DNA from: an uncultured Prochlorococcus sp.
GTDB lineage: Bacteria; Cyanobacteriota; Cyanobacteriia; PCC-6307; Cyanobiaceae
Reading direction: 5' to 3'
Assembly: GCA_902538515.1 (NCBI GenBank)
Contig: CACBFH010000002.1
Span: 20,893-84,892 of the forward strand
Length of the DNA: 64,000 bases
The position numbers and the translations under genes are program-made. Within the stretch, counting starts at the first letter, position 1; each line of letters begins with the position of its first letter. This document shows, piece after piece, positions 1 to 8,408 of the stretch. The notes under the pieces were generated by a model. That model was not told the origin of the DNA and did not search any database. It saw only the letters and a program-made list of their open reading frames with translations.

Positions 1-82
1 CAAAATATCAAAAGATAATTGGCTAGCAATAAACGGCAGAGCAATCAAAATAGATGAAATAAGTATTGAAATACCTACTTAA
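1..82 (+). CDS. cobU: 3' end of probable bifunctional adenosylcobinamide kinase/guanylyltransferase (partial)
   Basis: Frame 2 reads KISKDNWLAINGRAIKIDEISIEIPT*, resembling the CobU C-terminus; only 26 codons visible. Confidence 0.55.
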   Translation, partial: KISKDNWLAINGRAIKIDEISIEIPT

Positions 83-84
83 AA

Positions 85-567
85 TTGGAAGTCGCTCTTT
101 TTGAACCTAGAATCCCGCAAAATACTGGTAATATTGCCAGATCATGTGCTGCATTTAATATACCCTTAAATCTTATAGAGCCATTGGGTTTTAAATTAGA
201 AGATAAATATTTAAAAAGAGCAGGATTAGACTATTGGCCTCTAGTTACTGTTAATAAGTATGAGAATATTGATAAATTTTTGACGTCAAAAGTGAGGAAA
301 AGAATAATTTCTTTTAGTAAAAAAAATGGCTTATATTTAAAGGATTTTAAATTTAAGCAAGATGATATTTTGTTATTTGGGAGAGAAGATTCAGGATTGC
401 CAGATTCCATTATTGATAAAAGTGACTTTTTAATATCAATATTTATGCCGAATTTACAGACTAGAAACAATGATCAAAAAGGTGTTAGGAGTCTAAACCT
501 TTCGGTAGCATGCGGAATTGCTATATATGAGGCCCACAAACAAATAAATTTTCAAAATGGTAATTAA
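85..567 (+). CDS. trmL: tRNA (cytidine(34)-2'-O)-methyltransferase, SpoU family
   Basis: PRIPQNTGNIARSC, LLFGREDSGLP and RSLNLS motifs; TTG start. Confidence 0.93.
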   Translation: MEVALFEPRIPQNTGNIARSCAAFNIPLNLIEPLGFKLEDKYLKRAGLDYWPLVTVNKYENIDKFLTSKVRKRIISFSKKNGLYLKDFKFKQDDILLFGREDSGLPDSIIDKSDFLISIFMPNLQTRNNDQKGVRSLNLSVACGIAIYEAHKQINFQNGN

Positions 568-596
568 GTACAACCAATGCCTTACAATATTCCCAT

Positions 597-670
<74 letters not shown>

Positions 671-737
671 TTTTCAATACTTTTCAATTGAAGAACATAG
701 CTGAAATTTTAATTTAATTAAAATATTAAAGACAATA

Positions 738-1022
738 ATGTTTAATTCACTCGGCACAGTCTTAGATCCAAAAAAATCTAAAGCAAAATATCCAGAAGCA
801 AGAGTTATATTTCTTGATGACAATTTTAATATTTTTCAGCATCTCGCAAATTGTCTTCTAACAATAATCCCAAGCATGAGTGATCAAAGGGCATGGAAAC
901 TAATCAAATTTGACAAGGAAGGATCTGCAGAGTTATTTAGAGGTAATCTTGAACAGGCAGAGCTATATCATGAGCAACTATTCAGCAAAGGATTAACAAT
1001 GGCTCCAATTGAGAAAACATAA
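738..1022 (+). CDS. clpS: ATP-dependent Clp protease adaptor ClpS-like protein
   Basis: RVIFLDDNFN...GSAELFRGNLEQAELYHEQL..KGLTMAPIE matches the cyanobacterial ClpS pattern. Confidence 0.8.
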   Translation: MFNSLGTVLDPKKSKAKYPEARVIFLDDNFNIFQHLANCLLTIIPSMSDQRAWKLIKFDKEGSAELFRGNLEQAELYHEQLFSKGLTMAPIEKT

Positions 1023-1033
1023 AATAAGTAAGA

Positions 1034-1285
1034 TTGACAGAAAATTTTTGGCTTATAAATTCGAATCGTTCAAGGGTTAAAAGATTTTCAAAGAATAATC
1101 AAAATAAAGATAAATTTTTTGAATATATGTTTATTGACTCCGGAAGAATACTTGGTGTATTAGGAAAAGAACCACCTCTTATGACAACCAGAGAAGAACT
1201 TAAAGTTGATAAAGCTAGAGATGAATGGAGAAAGTTAATCGCTCAAGGTTGGAGGAGAACTAAACCAGTTTGGGAAGACTATTAG
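1034..1285 (+). CDS. Conserved picocyanobacterial hypothetical protein (DUF1651-like)
   Basis: WLIN..VKRF and A..EW..L..QGW motifs. Confidence 0.7.
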   Translation: MTENFWLINSNRSRVKRFSKNNQNKDKFFEYMFIDSGRILGVLGKEPPLMTTREELKVDKARDEWRKLIAQGWRRTKPVWEDY

Positions 1286-1321
1286 TATCCAATATTGTTA
1301 CTTAGATTAGTTATATAATAT

Positions 1322-1394
1322 ATGAGATTTAGGACGAATTTAGCGGGTAAAGTTAATGGCTTAAAAAGTAACAAACCCATTCCTTGAGTCTCAT
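1322..1394 (+). ncRNA. Candidate structured RNA (long imperfect hairpin)
   Basis: ATGAGATTTAGG pairs with CTTGAGTCTCAT (3 G-U pairs), plus inner GAAT/ATTC, GGGT/ACCC and GTTA/TAAC stems; intergenic. Confidence 0.4.
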
Positions 1395-1468
1395 TAAATT
1401 CTTTATTTTTCAAAAAAATCCACGTTATAATTTAATGATCCCTTCTATTAAATACTAATAAATACCCC

Positions 1469-1618
1469 ATGAAGTATCTCACCTCAAGCAAAAGATCAAG
1501 AGCTTTATTTGGTATTGGAATAGTTGCTATAAGTATTGGATTAATATCAAAAAAAGTAATTAACTATCCAGCTGGAGGATGTATAAAAGGTACTCAAGAA
1601 ATAACCTTAAATATCTAG
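1469..1618 (+). CDS. Small hypothetical protein, 49 aa, one hydrophobic segment
   Basis: Manual translation MKYLTSSKRSRALFGIGIVAISIGLISKKVINYPAGGCIKGTQEITLNI*; not in ORF track. Confidence 0.45.
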   Translation: MKYLTSSKRSRALFGIGIVAISIGLISKKVINYPAGGCIKGTQEITLNI

Positions 1619-1641
1619 CCATTAGTCATCTTACATTTTCC

Positions 1642-2031
1642 TTAATTCTTAAATCCAGTCAAATTTGATAACTCTTTTAGTGAAAGTACACCTAAAATTA
1701 GCTTTCCATTTATTTCCCATGTGGGAAACCCTTTAATTTTTTTATCAATGCATAATTGAGTTTGACTGTTTATGCCATCTCTTGAACATTCAACTACATT
1801 AAGTTCTTTATAAGCTTGCTTACCAAATAATTCACTTTGATTAAGGCAATTAGGACACCAATATGCTGAATATTTAACTACACCATTATCTTTAAGGTAT
1901 TTTGCCAACTCGATTGATTCCCTAGTGCTTTCTGAGGTGACTATAAGTTCTCTCTGATTATGTATGTGGGAGCTATTTAGAACACTTGGTAAAGTAAGCA
2001 AAAATAATAGTGGGATTAATAGACGTTTCAT
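1642..2031 (-). CDS. Secreted thioredoxin-like protein (resembles the Trx domain associated with VKOR)
   Basis: Signal-like N-terminus, YSAYWCPNC, VEC and C...IKGFPTWEING. Confidence 0.8.
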   Translation of the reverse strand: MKRLLIPLLFLLTLPSVLNSSHIHNQRELIVTSESTRESIELAKYLKDNGVVKYSAYWCPNCLNQSELFGKQAYKELNVVECSRDGINSQTQLCIDKKIKGFPTWEINGKLILGVLSLKELSNLTGFKN

Positions 2032-2180
2032 TTATTTACTACTTTTCCTCCATATTTTCTAACTATCTTATCAAGCAAAATTCTTATATCTTTATTTTTA
2101 AGTTTCTCTATTTGCTGAAGATTTTCAAGAAGATCACATATTTGATCCTGTGTATCTTCATTTAATTCACTAACTGCCAT
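2028..2180 (-). CDS. Small helical hypothetical protein, 50 aa
   Basis: MAVSELNEDTQDQICDLLENLQQIEKLKNKDIRILLDKIVRKYGGKVVNK*; stop overlaps the next start (ATGA). Confidence 0.65.
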   Translation of the reverse strand: MAVSELNEDTQDQICDLLENLQQIEKLKNKDIRILLDKIVRKYGGKVVNK

Positions 2181-2270
2181 TTATATTTAGAATTTTTATA
2201 ATCTAATTTTAAATCAAAATTAAATTTTCATTCTTATTGTATTTATATTTTTTTATTGCTATTTTTTTAA

Positions 2271-2348
2271 AGCGGGCTAAGGTTCATATCTCCACGAGGA
2301 TTTAGTCCGCTAAATTTTTAAAGATCAATTTATTTTGATCCCTTTTTT
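2271..2348 (+). ncRNA. Candidate small RNA: GC-rich hairpin plus terminator-like hairpin
   Basis: AGCGGGCTAAG/TTTAGTCCGCT stem (2271-2311), then GATCAA/TTGATC stem and T-run, in AT-rich intergenic DNA. Confidence 0.45.
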
Positions 2349-2430
2349 AAAAGTTGATTAGAAATATTCAAAAATATTTATCTATGCTTAATTTCTAAAT
2401 TCCATTGAAAAGTATTCTCATTTAAACATT

Positions 2431-2447
2431 AATAGTGTGACACTATT
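2431..2447. promoter_or_regulatory. Perfect palindrome AATAGTGT-G-ACACTATT at the 3' end of the RHH-like gene
   Basis: Read directly; same core as the sites at 2826 and 2848. Confidence 0.55.
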
Positions 2448-2812
2448 TATTCAATAATGTTTTTATTACGCTTCATAACTTTCTTAAAATGCTTAAACTC
2501 AATAAATTCATACATCATTTTGATATCATCAGATAATACTTTTTTATTAATTGCATATTCGTCCACATTAAGTGGAGATTTATTATTTTCAGAAAATGTT
2601 TCGTGATCAAAAGAAAAGTTTATAAAATCGCCCTTGCGATTAAGATTTTGACCATAAGATTCATTTAACACGCCTCGAGACCTCAACGCTTCCTCAACCA
2701 ATAGACCTGTGACTTTTGACTGACTAAACTCATTAGCTGTGCACAATTTTTCAATAATTTCATGCACTTCTTCACTTGGCAAAAAACCAATTCTTTTCCT
2801 CGGAGAGGGCAT
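2447..2812 (-). CDS. Putative ribbon-helix-helix (CopG-like) DNA-binding protein
   Basis: N-terminus MPSPRKRIGFLPSEEVHEIIEKLCTANEFSQSKVTGLLVEEAL has the strand-helix-helix pattern; ATG at 2812 preferred over GTG at 2833. Confidence 0.65.
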   Translation of the reverse strand: MPSPRKRIGFLPSEEVHEIIEKLCTANEFSQSKVTGLLVEEALRSRGVLNESYGQNLNRKGDFINFSFDHETFSENNKSPLNVDEYAINKKVLSDDIKMMYEFIEFKHFKKVMKRNKNIIE

Positions 2813-2825
2813 AATTAAAAAAATT

Positions 2826-2858
2826 AGTGTCACACTTGCACATTATAAGTGTTGCACT
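2826..2858. promoter_or_regulatory. Two palindromic operator-like sites flanking a minus-strand TATAAT box
   Basis: AGTGTCACACT (2826-2836) and AGTGTTGCACT (2848-2858), 22 bp apart; ATTATA at 2842-2847 reads TATAAT on minus. Confidence 0.55.
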
Positions 2859-2887
2859 ATATTTGATTTAAGTCAACTAACTTTGCT

Positions 2888-3040
2888 ATGCATATTTTAT
2901 TATTTCCTGTCGGATTTATTCTTTGGTATCTAGCTTATGAAGCAAAACCTATCATTAATGATGAAGTAACACTTAATTGGGAAGAAAAAAATACAATTAA
3001 AAGAAATAAACTTTTAAATATAATCAACGAAAGCTTTTAA
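2888..3040 (+). CDS. Small membrane-anchored hypothetical protein, 50 aa
   Basis: MHILLFPVGFILWYLAYEAKPIINDEVTLNWEEKNTIKRNKLLNIINESF*; divergent from the RHH-like gene. Confidence 0.55.
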   Translation: MHILLFPVGFILWYLAYEAKPIINDEVTLNWEEKNTIKRNKLLNIINESF

Positions 3041-3216
3041 AATTTACTGTTAATAGATTTTGACCATTCCTTGTGCTTATTATCTAGATCTGAGATTAAC
3101 TGTTTTTGATAAGTAAATTTGAGTTGATTTTCGTTAAGTGATTTTTTCGTGATAATCATCTCTTTAGAGAAAAAATAAGGATTGTTAGAACTACTAATTT
3201 TTTTTTTGACTTCCAT
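3037..3216 (-). CDS. Small hypothetical protein, 59 aa
   Basis: MEVKKKISSSNNPYFFSKEMIITKKSLNENQLKFTYQKQLISDLDNKHKEWSKSINSKF*; convergent TTAA stop overlap. Confidence 0.45.
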   Translation of the reverse strand: MEVKKKISSSNNPYFFSKEMIITKKSLNENQLKFTYQKQLISDLDNKHKEWSKSINSKF

Positions 3217-3376
3217 ATAGTGAATTCATCTACTTTTTTATATGACTTAAAAGGTTATAGTCTCAATATTTTTATATTCTTTTTATATTTGCTTCATATG
3301 TGTTTTAGCAAGTTTGTAAAAAGTATTAGTTTATTAAAGAATAAAGGCTATATTTAAACAAAATATATGTTTTATC

Positions 3377-3550
3377 ATGAATCTAAAGGAGAGAGGGATT
3401 ACTGTTGGAGATTTACTAATAATACTAATAATGATAATCACTTCTACAATATTAATTAAATCATTTAGCAAGGATAAGAAAACAACACTTAATAACATTA
3501 ATCAAGAGCAAGTTTCTCATAAGAAAAATTATTATCAAAAATTTATTTGA
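3377..3550 (+). CDS. Small protein, 57 aa, prepilin-like N-terminus
   Basis: MNLKERGITVGDLLIILIMIITSTILIKSFSKDKKTT...YQKFI*. Confidence 0.6.
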   Translation: MNLKERGITVGDLLIILIMIITSTILIKSFSKDKKTTLNNINQEQVSHKKNYYQKFI

Positions 3551-3660
3551 ATAGCTTATGAGAATTATTTATAAAACTCTTAATTTTTTAAATTAACTAT
3601 TAAGTATCTCTTATGTAAATTCAAAAATTAATAATTATCAGACAATGAGTTTATGTATTT

Positions 3661-3837
3661 TTAATTATTTTGATGAAATGATTTAGAACTTTCCCATTTC
3701 AAGTTATCCTTTAAATCATTGCTATCATTTGATATTGAAACTAAATTCACCATTTGAAGAATTTGACTTTTATTAAGCCTATTAATAACAATAAGTTTAT
3801 TAAGCATTTCTAAAACAGATTTATCATTAATATCCAT
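3661..3837 (-). CDS. Small helical hypothetical protein, 58 aa
   Basis: MDINDKSVLEMLNKLIVINRLNKSQILQMVNLVSISNDSNDLKDNLKWESSKSFHQNN*. Confidence 0.6.
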   Translation of the reverse strand: MDINDKSVLEMLNKLIVINRLNKSQILQMVNLVSISNDSNDLKDNLKWESSKSFHQNN

Positions 3838-4035
3838 TATCGGTTTAAAAAACTATGATCCTTCAATTCAAACACTTTATCTTATAATTTTAAAAATTTC
3901 TCTTAAAATTTCATTATATATTTTATGTTAAATATAAATAATATTTATAAAATCATCAAAAATAAAACTTTTGTTTATAAGAAAATATCTTAAGCTCACT
4001 TTCTTATAAATTCGATTATCGTAGAAAGAAAAAAA

Positions 4036-4206
4036 ATGAAAAAAAACTCCAAGAAAGAATATCTTAATAGAGATGAAGTTAATGAGATGATTGAATCAGC
4101 TTTAAGGAGACATAATAGAAGATCTACAATAATATCAAGCGTACTTGGCTGGATTCTAATAGGAGGTTATTCGTTTGGACTATTTCAGGTAGTTCAAAAT
4201 GTTTAA
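4036..4206 (+). CDS. Small membrane protein, 56 aa
   Basis: MKKNSKKEYLNRDEVNEMIESALRRHNRRSTIISSVLGWILIGGYSFGLFQVVQNV*; C-terminal TM helix. Confidence 0.7.
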   Translation: MKKNSKKEYLNRDEVNEMIESALRRHNRRSTIISSVLGWILIGGYSFGLFQVVQNV

Positions 4207-4270
4207 TTAATCTTTTCTATAAAGTAGAACTTGCTAGATGATAAATTAGTATAAGACTAATGTATTTATT

Positions 4271-4492
4271 ATGAGGGAATATATTGATGCAAATCTTATA
4301 GTAATAAGAAAATATTTAAAAAAACGAAAAAAGTATACATCAAAATTAAATAATTCTTCGATAATGGAAGAATTCAAAGAATGGAGCAAAGATCCATTAC
4401 CTGACACAGAATCAATTTGGACTTTACCTGACTTAACAAGAAATGAAAGACTAAAAAATTTTTGTCGCTCAATTAAGAAGGAAATAAGATAA
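4271..4492 (+). CDS. Hypothetical protein
   Basis: ATG-started 73 aa ORF filling intergenic space. Confidence 0.55.
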   Translation: MREYIDANLIVIRKYLKKRKKYTSKLNNSSIMEEFKEWSKDPLPDTESIWTLPDLTRNERLKNFCRSIKKEIR

Positions 4493-4496
4493 GTTT

Positions 4497-4655
4497 TTAA
4501 CTACCTAGTTGTATATGATTTACTTTTAAATAAAAATAACCCGCAAATCCAACTATATTCAATATCACAACGAAAATCCAAGCTCCAATTGGCTGATTAG
4601 AATCAAATTTTTTTATTTTAACTTTTTCTTTTAATCTTTCAATATATTTAGCCAT
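4497..4655 (-). CDS. Small membrane protein
   Basis: MAKYIERLKEK...PIGAWIFVVILNIVGFAGYFYLK; ATG at 4655 preferred. Confidence 0.6.
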   Translation of the reverse strand: MAKYIERLKEKVKIKKFDSNQPIGAWIFVVILNIVGFAGYFYLKVNHIQLGS

Positions 4656-4875
4656 AATTAAAAATATTAAAAAGAATAATCTCAATTATAGAGAGTTGAA
4701 TTTAAAGGAATCTTAAATAAAATAAAAAATTCTTTAATTAGAATTTTTATTGTCAAGCCTGTTGATGGGATATTTAATTAACTCCTTTTTAAGATTTTTT
4801 AAAAGTTTATTATGATTCAAAATTGTAAATTTCCTAGTAAAGGAATAATGCCATTTCATTGAATTAAAAAAAAAC

Positions 4876-4905
4876 TTGCTAATTCATTATTAATAAAATT
4901 ATAAT
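4876..4905 (+). promoter_or_regulatory. Putative sigma70-type promoter of peroxiredoxin
   Basis: TTGCTA-N18-TATAAT, followed by a leader with AAGGA before ATG 4959. Confidence 0.5.
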
Positions 4906-4958
4906 ACTTATTACGGTCATTCAGACCATAAATAATTTAAAAAAGGACAAATTTTTTC

Positions 4959-5543
4959 ATGAGCTTAAGAGTTGGCCAAGAAGCACCAGAATTTAGTGCT
5001 ACAGCAGTATATGATCAAGAGTTTAAGGATATTACACTTTCAGATCTAAGAGGTAAATGGGTTGTTTTATTCTTTTACCCTCTAGATTTTACATTTGTAT
5101 GTCCAACTGAAATCACTGCATTTAGTGATAGATATCAAGATTTCTCAGCACTTAATACTGAAATACTTGGAGTATCAGTTGATAGCAAACACTGTCATTT
5201 GGCTTGGATACAAACTCCAAGAAATGAAGGTGGAATAGGTGATATTAATTACCCGTTAATTTCTGACTTAAAAAGAGAAATTTGCCAAGCGTACAATGTT
5301 CTTAATGATGATGGAGAGGCAGATAGAGGTTTATTTCTAATCAATCCCGATGGATTAGTTATGCATACTACTGTTAACAAGGCTCCTGTGGGCAGAAATG
5401 TTGATGAAACACTAAGAATTCTTCAGGGTTATCAATACGTTGCGGCAAACCCAGATGAGGTATGCCCCGCAAACTGGACCCCCGGGGAGAAAACAATGTT
5501 AGAGGACCCCAAAGGTAGTAAGGAATACTTTTCTGCGCTCTAG
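4959..5543 (+). CDS. 2-Cys peroxiredoxin (AhpC/TSA family)
   Basis: [14 protein letters not shown] and EVCPANW motifs. Confidence 0.96.
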   Translation: MSLRVGQEAPEFSATAVYDQEFKDITLSDLRGKWVVLFFYPLDFTFVCPTEITAFSDRYQDFSALNTEILGVSVDSKHCHLAWIQTPRNEGGIGDINYPLISDLKREICQAYNVLNDDGEADRGLFLINPDGLVMHTTVNKAPVGRNVDETLRILQGYQYVAANPDEVCPANWTPGEKTMLEDPKGSKEYFSAL

Positions 5544-5558
5544 TAGAATTAGAACCTT

Positions 5559-6311
5559 TTAAGAAAGTATTGAGTAGTAAATAATTATAAAAAAATAAAA
5601 AATAAGCATATTCAAAATGGGAATTACATCCACTTTTTTAGGTTTTTGTACGATCCAATCGCTTAAATTTGTTTTATAAGATAAAAAAGACCAAGTAAAA
5701 AAAGAAATTTCTATAGCGACTAAGATAAAAATATTAATTAAATTTAAGTTATTTAAACCAAAATATCTATAAATATGGAACTGATCATCTATCTTAATAT
5801 TATTAATTTTAAAATGCCAAAGATAAAGAGAAATCAATATAAAATTTATCAATATTAATTTTTTTAATAAAAACCTAGACTTCTTAAAAATTAATAAAAT
5901 AGAAATTAAAAATATATAAAAGCTTAACTGCAAAATATCTGGTTTTGGTAAATTAATTCCTTCAAGAAATAAATTAAATATAAGATCAAAATTTATATAT
6001 AAATAATCAACTATAAAATAAGAGAGAAATATTAAATTTATTGCTACAAAAAATAATAATCTTTTTCCTTTAATTATATTTTTACTATAAATATTGCTCT
6101 TATTAAAATTATAATAAGTATAGTTTTTTAAAGAGTTTAAACACACTAAAGATGGACATATTGTACCGCTTAAATAGTAAAGGATTGAATAAAAGGAAAT
6201 ATCATTAATATTGAATGAATACAAATTAAACCATTGTATTTGTACTAATGGAAGAATAAGTAATAATGAAAGTGTAAATAATAAATTCGTTGTATTGTTT
6301 TTAATTATCAA
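5559..6311 (-). CDS. Hypothetical multi-pass membrane protein
   Basis: 250 aa, many hydrophobic helices, WSFLSYKTNLSDW motif. Confidence 0.75.
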   Translation of the reverse strand: MIIKNNTTNLLFTLSLLLILPLVQIQWFNLYSFNINDISFYSILYYLSGTICPSLVCLNSLKNYTYYNFNKSNIYSKNIIKGKRLLFFVAINLIFLSYFIVDYLYINFDLIFNLFLEGINLPKPDILQLSFYIFLISILLIFKKSRFLLKKLILINFILISLYLWHFKINNIKIDDQFHIYRYFGLNNLNLINIFILVAIEISFFTWSFLSYKTNLSDWIVQKPKKVDVIPILNMLIFYFFIIIYYSILS

Positions 6312-6348
6312 GAAAATATTAAATTTTTTTTAATTTAAAACATTTAAA

Positions 6349-8103
6349 TCAAACTTTCAACAATTTAGAAGTAGTTAATTTAAAAACTTTTTTATCTATA
6401 GTTTCTTGATTTAAAAGTATATCAACTAATTTATCAAGTAAGACTCTATTTTTTTTCAATATTTTTATTGAATTATTTAATGAAATTTTAGAAATATTTA
6501 TTATTTCATTATCTATTCTAGAACTAGTATTTTCTGCTATGAGAGGCTTTCTTGTAAATAATCCATCTCCTAAAAACATTTCATTGTTATCAGAATCCAT
6601 TGAAATTGGACCAATAATTGAAAATCCATATTTCGTAACCATTTCCCTTACAATATTCGTCGCATAAGAGATACTATTTAATGAGCATTGTGTAATTTCA
6701 TTTTCACCAAAAACTATCGTTTCTGCTGCTCTTCCAGCTAGAGCAATTTCAATTTTTGAAAATAATAATTTTTTTGAAATCAAGCCGCTAGACATTACAT
6801 CTTCGTCAGGACATATTTTTGTATATCCTCCTATTGATCCAGATCTAGGTAAAATAGTAATCTTATCAACTGATTCAATTCCATTTCTCACAGCAGATAC
6901 AATCGCTCTGCCCACTTCGTTATAAGCAATAATTTTTTTCATATTTGGAGAGGTTATTAATGAACTTCTAAGGCCTATAGTAATTTTATCGAGAGCATTT
7001 TCTATATGAAGGTCACAAATTAATTTAGATTCATCTCTTGCACAGTGTATAGCACTCTCATTCATCAAATTTGCAAGATCTGCTCCCGAAAATCCAACTG
7101 TTCTTGAAGCCCAATATCCTAAGTCAACTTCACTTGAAAGTGGTTTGGAAAGTGAGTGAACTGAAAGAATTTTTTTTCTTCCATCTAAATCTGGAAGCAT
7201 TACTTCAATTTTTCTATCGAATCTACCTGGTCTTAATAATGCTGCATCCAAAATATCTGGTCTATTTGTTGCGGCTAAAACAATAATCCCGGAATTATCA
7301 GCAAAACCATCTAGTTCAGTAAGTAGCTGATTAAGAGTTTGTTCTCTTTCATCATTTCCACCTCCGATCCCAGACCCTCTTTGCCTACCAATAGAATCAA
7401 TTTCATCAATGAAAATTATGCAAGGAGATTTTTCCTTAGCCTTAGAGAAAAGATCTCGAACTCGGCTTGCACCAACACCAACAAAAAGTTCTACAAACTC
7501 TGATGCTGATATTGACAGAAAAGGGACTCCTGATTCACCAGCAATTGCTTTAGCTAATAATGTTTTACCTGTTCCAGGTGGGCCTATTAGAAGAACTCCC
7601 TTAGGAACTTTTGCTCCAAGATTTTCAAATTTCTTTGGTTCTTTCAAAAATGTTATTACCTCTTTTAATTCCTCAGCGGCTTCAGGGACACCAGCTACAT
7701 CGTCGAATCTCGTTTCTACATCATCAATAGTTACAAATTTAGCTTGATTTTTTGTAAAGCCAAAGGCTCTGGAAGCCAATTTTGATGTACTCCTCAAGAT
7801 CAAGACTATAGCTAATATAAAAATAAGAAAAAGACTTATTGAAGCAAATGAATTAGCAGCTGAGGCTTCTTTTCTACTATTGTTAATAGTGAGATCTACT
7901 TTATTTGCAGTAGCCTTTTCGAGGATTAATTGATCGTTGTAAAGGATAGGTATTTTAAATTTATCGCCATTTTTATACAGAACATCAATTTCTCTCTGCC
8001 TAGGATAGAAAAATATTGATTCTATTTTTCCTGCCTCTATATCTTCAAGAAGATCCGAATAACTTGATTTAGAATCTGAATATGAGAAATTTGATCTAAA
8101 CAC
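6349..8103 (-). CDS. ftsH: FtsH-family AAA+ protein (FtsH4-like) with degenerate protease site
   Basis: Walker A GPPGTGKT, Walker B IIFIDEID, pore [16 protein letters not shown]; HExxH replaced by NEVGR. Confidence 0.92.
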   Translation of the reverse strand: MFRSNFSYSDSKSSYSDLLEDIEAGKIESIFFYPRQREIDVLYKNGDKFKIPILYNDQLILEKATANKVDLTINNSRKEASAANSFASISLFLIFILAIVLILRSTSKLASRAFGFTKNQAKFVTIDDVETRFDDVAGVPEAAEELKEVITFLKEPKKFENLGAKVPKGVLLIGPPGTGKTLLAKAIAGESGVPFLSISASEFVELFVGVGASRVRDLFSKAKEKSPCIIFIDEIDSIGRQRGSGIGGGNDEREQTLNQLLTELDGFADNSGIIVLAATNRPDILDAALLRPGRFDRKIEVMLPDLDGRKKILSVHSLSKPLSSEVDLGYWASRTVGFSGADLANLMNESAIHCARDESKLICDLHIENALDKITIGLRSSLITSPNMKKIIAYNEVGRAIVSAVRNGIESVDKITILPRSGSIGGYTKICPDEDVMSSGLISKKLLFSKIEIALAGRAAETIVFGENEITQCSLNSISYATNIVREMVTKYGFSIIGPISMDSDNNEMFLGDGLFTRKPLIAENTSSRIDNEIINISKISLNNSIKILKKNRVLLDKLVDILLNQETIDKKVFKLTTSKLLKV

Positions 8104-8234
8104 TAATTTTTATAAGTGATTAATAAAGCATATATGCTTATTTAGAAAATTGACGTATATAAACAAAATATACTCAAAAGTTTTGGAGATAACCAGTTAA
8201 AGGTTATATTATTAAATGGAAATAAATAAAAAGA

Positions 8235-8405
8235 ATGGCAGTACCAAAGAAGAAAAAATCAAAAAGCAAAAGAAACCAAAGGCACGCTGTGTGGAAAGGG
8301 AAAGCATCAATAGCAGCTCAAAAAGCTATATCTTTAGGCAAATCAGTTTTAACTGGGAAAGCTCAAGGATTTGTTTATCCTATTGAGGAAGAGGAAGAAG
8401 AATAG
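8235..8405 (+). CDS. rpmF: 50S ribosomal protein L32
   Basis: [24 protein letters not shown]...[12 protein letters not shown]; not in ORF track. Confidence 0.95.
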   Translation: MAVPKKKKSKSKRNQRHAVWKGKASIAAQKAISLGKSVLTGKAQGFVYPIEEEEEE

Positions 8406-8408
8406 CTT

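Noticed and set aside
2739-2933. 64 aa + strand ORF
   Set aside because: Overlaps the RHH-like gene, its operator region and the better ORF at 2888
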